A stretch of DNA of 64,000 nt, from NCBI RefSeq assembly GCF_009914755.1, contig NC_060934.1; one strand, given 5' to 3'. The stretch comes from the human T2T-CHM13v2.0 reference genome, Homo sapiens. The stretch's first letter is position 1; the number at the start of each line of letters is the position of its first letter. Below the pieces are notes generated by a model that ran no database searches, was not told the DNA's origin, and saw nothing but the letters and a program-made list of their open reading frames with translations. The position numbers and the translations under genes were made by a program. Positions 60,991 to 64,000 of this stretch are shown one piece after another.

Positions 60991-62269
60991 GTATGTCCCG
61001 TTAGGACAGGGGTGAGGAACAGGCTGCGGCTGCCCACACTTGTAAGCGCCCCACATTTCTGCACGCGTAGCTAACGTTAGAGAGAGTCTTTCTATACACT
61101 CACATCCTATGTAGTAAACACAGTGAGCTTCGGCTGGGAAAAGCGGCTGCTCCGGCCGAGGAAATCCTGGTCGTGAATGAAAATGCATCTCTGTGGGCCC
61201 TCACAGGCCCACGCAGAGGTGAATGAATTTGGCTGTCTTCTGCATCTGCATCTCCTGGACGCTCACTGATCTGCCCCAGGGCCTGGTGGTTGCTGTCCCA
61301 GCTTGGTCCTGCAAGCCCCTCTGGGTGGAGCTGCTCACCCCGTGCTCCGGGGCTCACGCCTGCAGGGAGGCCCAGCCTGTATCAGGATCCTCTTCACAAC
61401 CTCCTGACCCCACCGGGCGGCCCTGCGGCCCTCCAGCTCCACCAGGGCAGGGCTAAGCCTCTCCGGCTGGCCTGGCATATATGCTCCGAGACATCACACA
61501 CTTGGATATGGCCTGGGCTGACATAAGTTCCATAAGCACCTGAAGGCTGGTGCACGAGGGTCTCTGGCTAAGCCACTGCACGCTTAGGCTGTGCCCTTCC
61601 TTCCTGGCCTATGGTCTCACCTGCTGTCCCTCCTCTCCGTGGTGGAGACACCCACACACCTTCGTCTAAGCAGACCAGCAGTTGACTTGGATCGGAAACG
61701 GCTTGTGCCCAAGCAGGCCCAGCAACACACGTGGTCCTTCTTCAGTTGGTTCAATCCAATGCTTTAGAGAAACACGGGATTTTAGCATTATTAAAAGATG
61801 TGGATATAGCAAGGAATGGAATACAACAACTTCAGACTTTGGTGGGTGGAGGCGGAATACGTAAACCTCTGACAGCCATGAGGAGACCGAGCCCTGGCTC
61901 TCTTGTGGGACCTGCTGACCCCAGCAGAGCCCTGCAGACAATCCACAGATACACGGTGGTCACTTCCATCCAGGGAGTTCTGGCAGGGTTTGTTATGTGG
62001 CAACAGCAAGTCAATACCTCATCCTAGTTCTTCCCAGGGCAGTGCTGTGCACAGAGAAGACACAAAATATACTTCGAGTTAATACACATTTACCGAGTAT
62101 CTGCTAATTTGCAGATGGCGTGCTAAGGACAAGGGAGAGGCTGGTGATCCAGATGGCATAATTCCTGCCCTCAGGGAGCACAGTTAATCATACTTTGATG
62201 AGTTCTATGAAGGAAATTCTCAGCAACACAGGATGACGGGTGAGTTAAATGCTATGGTGTTAGGACAGA

Positions 62270-62830
62270 AAGGGAAATAGGCAGTGTAGAATAGAGACCC
62301 TAGAGACCCCAGGTGGAGATCCATGCACACGTGGGAAGTCTGCAAGTAACAGAAGCAGCACTGCAGACCAGTGGAGAGACAGTGAACTCACTGGTGATAC
62401 TGGAAAAAGAAACTTTCCACATGGCATAAAGTAAAACTGGGTTCCTGCCTAAGCACGCACACCACACACACGATTAGGCCCAGCTGGATTAAAAGCGTGT
62501 GTGTGTGTGTGTGCGTGTGCACGCACACACACACACACACGCACACATACACACACACTATTAACTTTATGACCCTGGAGTAGGGAAAGGCTTCTTAAGC
62601 AAGTCCAAGACACTCAACAAAGGAGAAGATTGATAGATTTTACTACACAATAATTAAACACCGTAAAAGATACTATTCTAAATAAAGAGTTAAGACAAAT
62701 GGTAGATTGAAAGAAAATATTTGTAACATATATGACAAAGGATTAATAGCCTTAACAGATCAAGAATATTAATTCCATCAGAAAAAGAGTAAAAATGGGA
62801 AGACGACATGAAAAGGCAATGCACAGAGGA
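62270..62830 (+). mobile_element. L1ME-type ORF2 3' relic with (TG)/(CA) tract
   Basis: CTTTATGACCCTGGAGTAGGGAAAGGCTTCTTAAGCAAG...GAAAATATTTGTAACATATATGACAAAGGATTAATA. Confidence 0.65.
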
Positions 62831-63289
62831 GGAAGGCAGCAACATGTTAATCAGTCCCCCATCCACTCGGTGCCTGGCACAGGAGGGGCCCCGCCTCCCG
62901 CCAGCCTCTTCCTAGTGCAGACATCACTGCTGCCTAAGGATGAGTCCATCACCATGAAGACCCAACGTTAGCTCCAAACAGCTTCATGGACACAGCTTTG
63001 GAGAGAGTGCCATTTTAACAAAATCAAAGTCCTGATACAGGAACATGTATTTTTGCAGTACATCTTGGCAGTCACAGTAATGGCTGTCTCCGCATGAGCA
63101 TCTGATGTTAATGCTCACTCTGAACCACTAAAACACAAAGGGTGAGCCCCGTGTGCCACAGCCAGCCCCCACGTAGGTGAGAAGGCTTTAGGATCCAATC
63201 ATATATGAGGCCCGTGTTTCTTTCTCATGCACTTATGGGAACAGACAAAAAACTATGTTTAGAAAAGATGCATTATTGAAGAAATTTTA

Positions 63290-63350
63290 ATTTAAAAAAA
63301 ATCAAAAGAAAAATTGAACAGTGCCTAAATCTTTATTTTCATAACCTACA
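63290..63350 (-). terminator. Polyadenylation cassette
   Basis: AATAAA (63337-63332), upstream TGTA motifs, U-rich downstream tract TTTTTCTTTTGATTTTTTT about 20-45 nt later. Confidence 0.75.
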
Positions 63351-64000
63351 TTTTTTTTCAAATTAGACAGTTTTACACTGAATGACACAAAAGGAAACTT
63401 AAATTACCAATAGTTTACATGTAAGCTTGATTCCAGTCTTAATGAAGCAGAACAAAAACGAAACCCTCGAGGAGCGACCACATGACCCCCGCGCTGTGAG
63501 CTGCTGGCGGCCAGCGCCCTCGCCTCGATTGTCTGCAGCCCTGTAGTGGGCCGCGAGGCACGCAAGCCGCAACTACAGCTCGCCAGCGGGGCACACAGAC
63601 AGGCATGCACCACCACTACCCGTCGCCCGGATACACTGAACTGGTTTTGAAGCCTGAACTGCAGAGATCCTAATATAGCAACGCAGGACGTTTACGGCCA
63701 CCCGCCAGTGACAGCCGGTGATGTGATGACAGGAGGGCCTGGGTGAAAATGTCAAGACACTCACTCTCAGAGAACGACGACTCCACTTGAAATTCATGTC
63801 TGGTGAAACGGGACCAGGTTTTTATTCTTCTATTTCAAAATGATAAGCATCATCACACGATTTTACAAGTTAAAATGCCATTTGTCACTGCTGCATCTCT
63901 GATTCTATAACCTGAGATACTGCTGGGGGTAAAGGAGGGTGTTAACTTAAAAAAAAAAAAAGTATGAAAGCCACTCTCATCGCTGTATGTGACACAGCAC
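63315..64000 (-). other. LARP4B: Distal 3'UTR of a minus-strand mRNA, tentatively LARP4B (La-related protein 4B)
   Basis: Repeat-free, U-rich on the minus strand, ending in a canonical poly(A) cassette. Gene identity rests only on my recollection of the mRNA 3' end (...GGTTATGAAAATAAAGATTTAGGCACTGTTC); no CDS in the window; needs BLAT. Confidence 0.6.

Overview
This is primate (very probably human) non-coding genomic DNA with subtelomeric character: dense LINE-1, Alu, LTR and DNA-transposon relics, eight minisatellites (VNTRs) and orphan CpG-rich patches. I find no intact host protein-coding exon, rRNA, tRNA or CRISPR array; the long ORFs in the track are L1 ORF2 relics or VNTR read-throughs. 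The last ~0.7 kb is the 3' end (poly(A) site) of a minus-strand mRNA, which from memory I tentatively recognise as LARP4B (10p15.3). Composition alternates: AT-rich and L1-packed (1-26 kb), GC-rich with VNTRs (26-46 kb), nested L1/LTR stack (47-56 kb), GC-rich (56-62 kb). I do not see a new biological system. The most unusual structures are: (i) two different THE1 elements fused in inverted orientation at a single insertion site; (ii) a TSD-flanked L1PA2/3 lacking ~1.9 kb internally, with an apparently older-subfamily patch at the junction; (iii) five VNTRs whose units derive from transposon sequence, one from a MER44 terminal repeat/host junction; (iv) near-total + strand orientation of L1 and LTR relics. 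Repeat subfamily calls come from recalled consensus sequences and need RepeatMasker/Dfam confirmation; boundaries of old elements are approximate.
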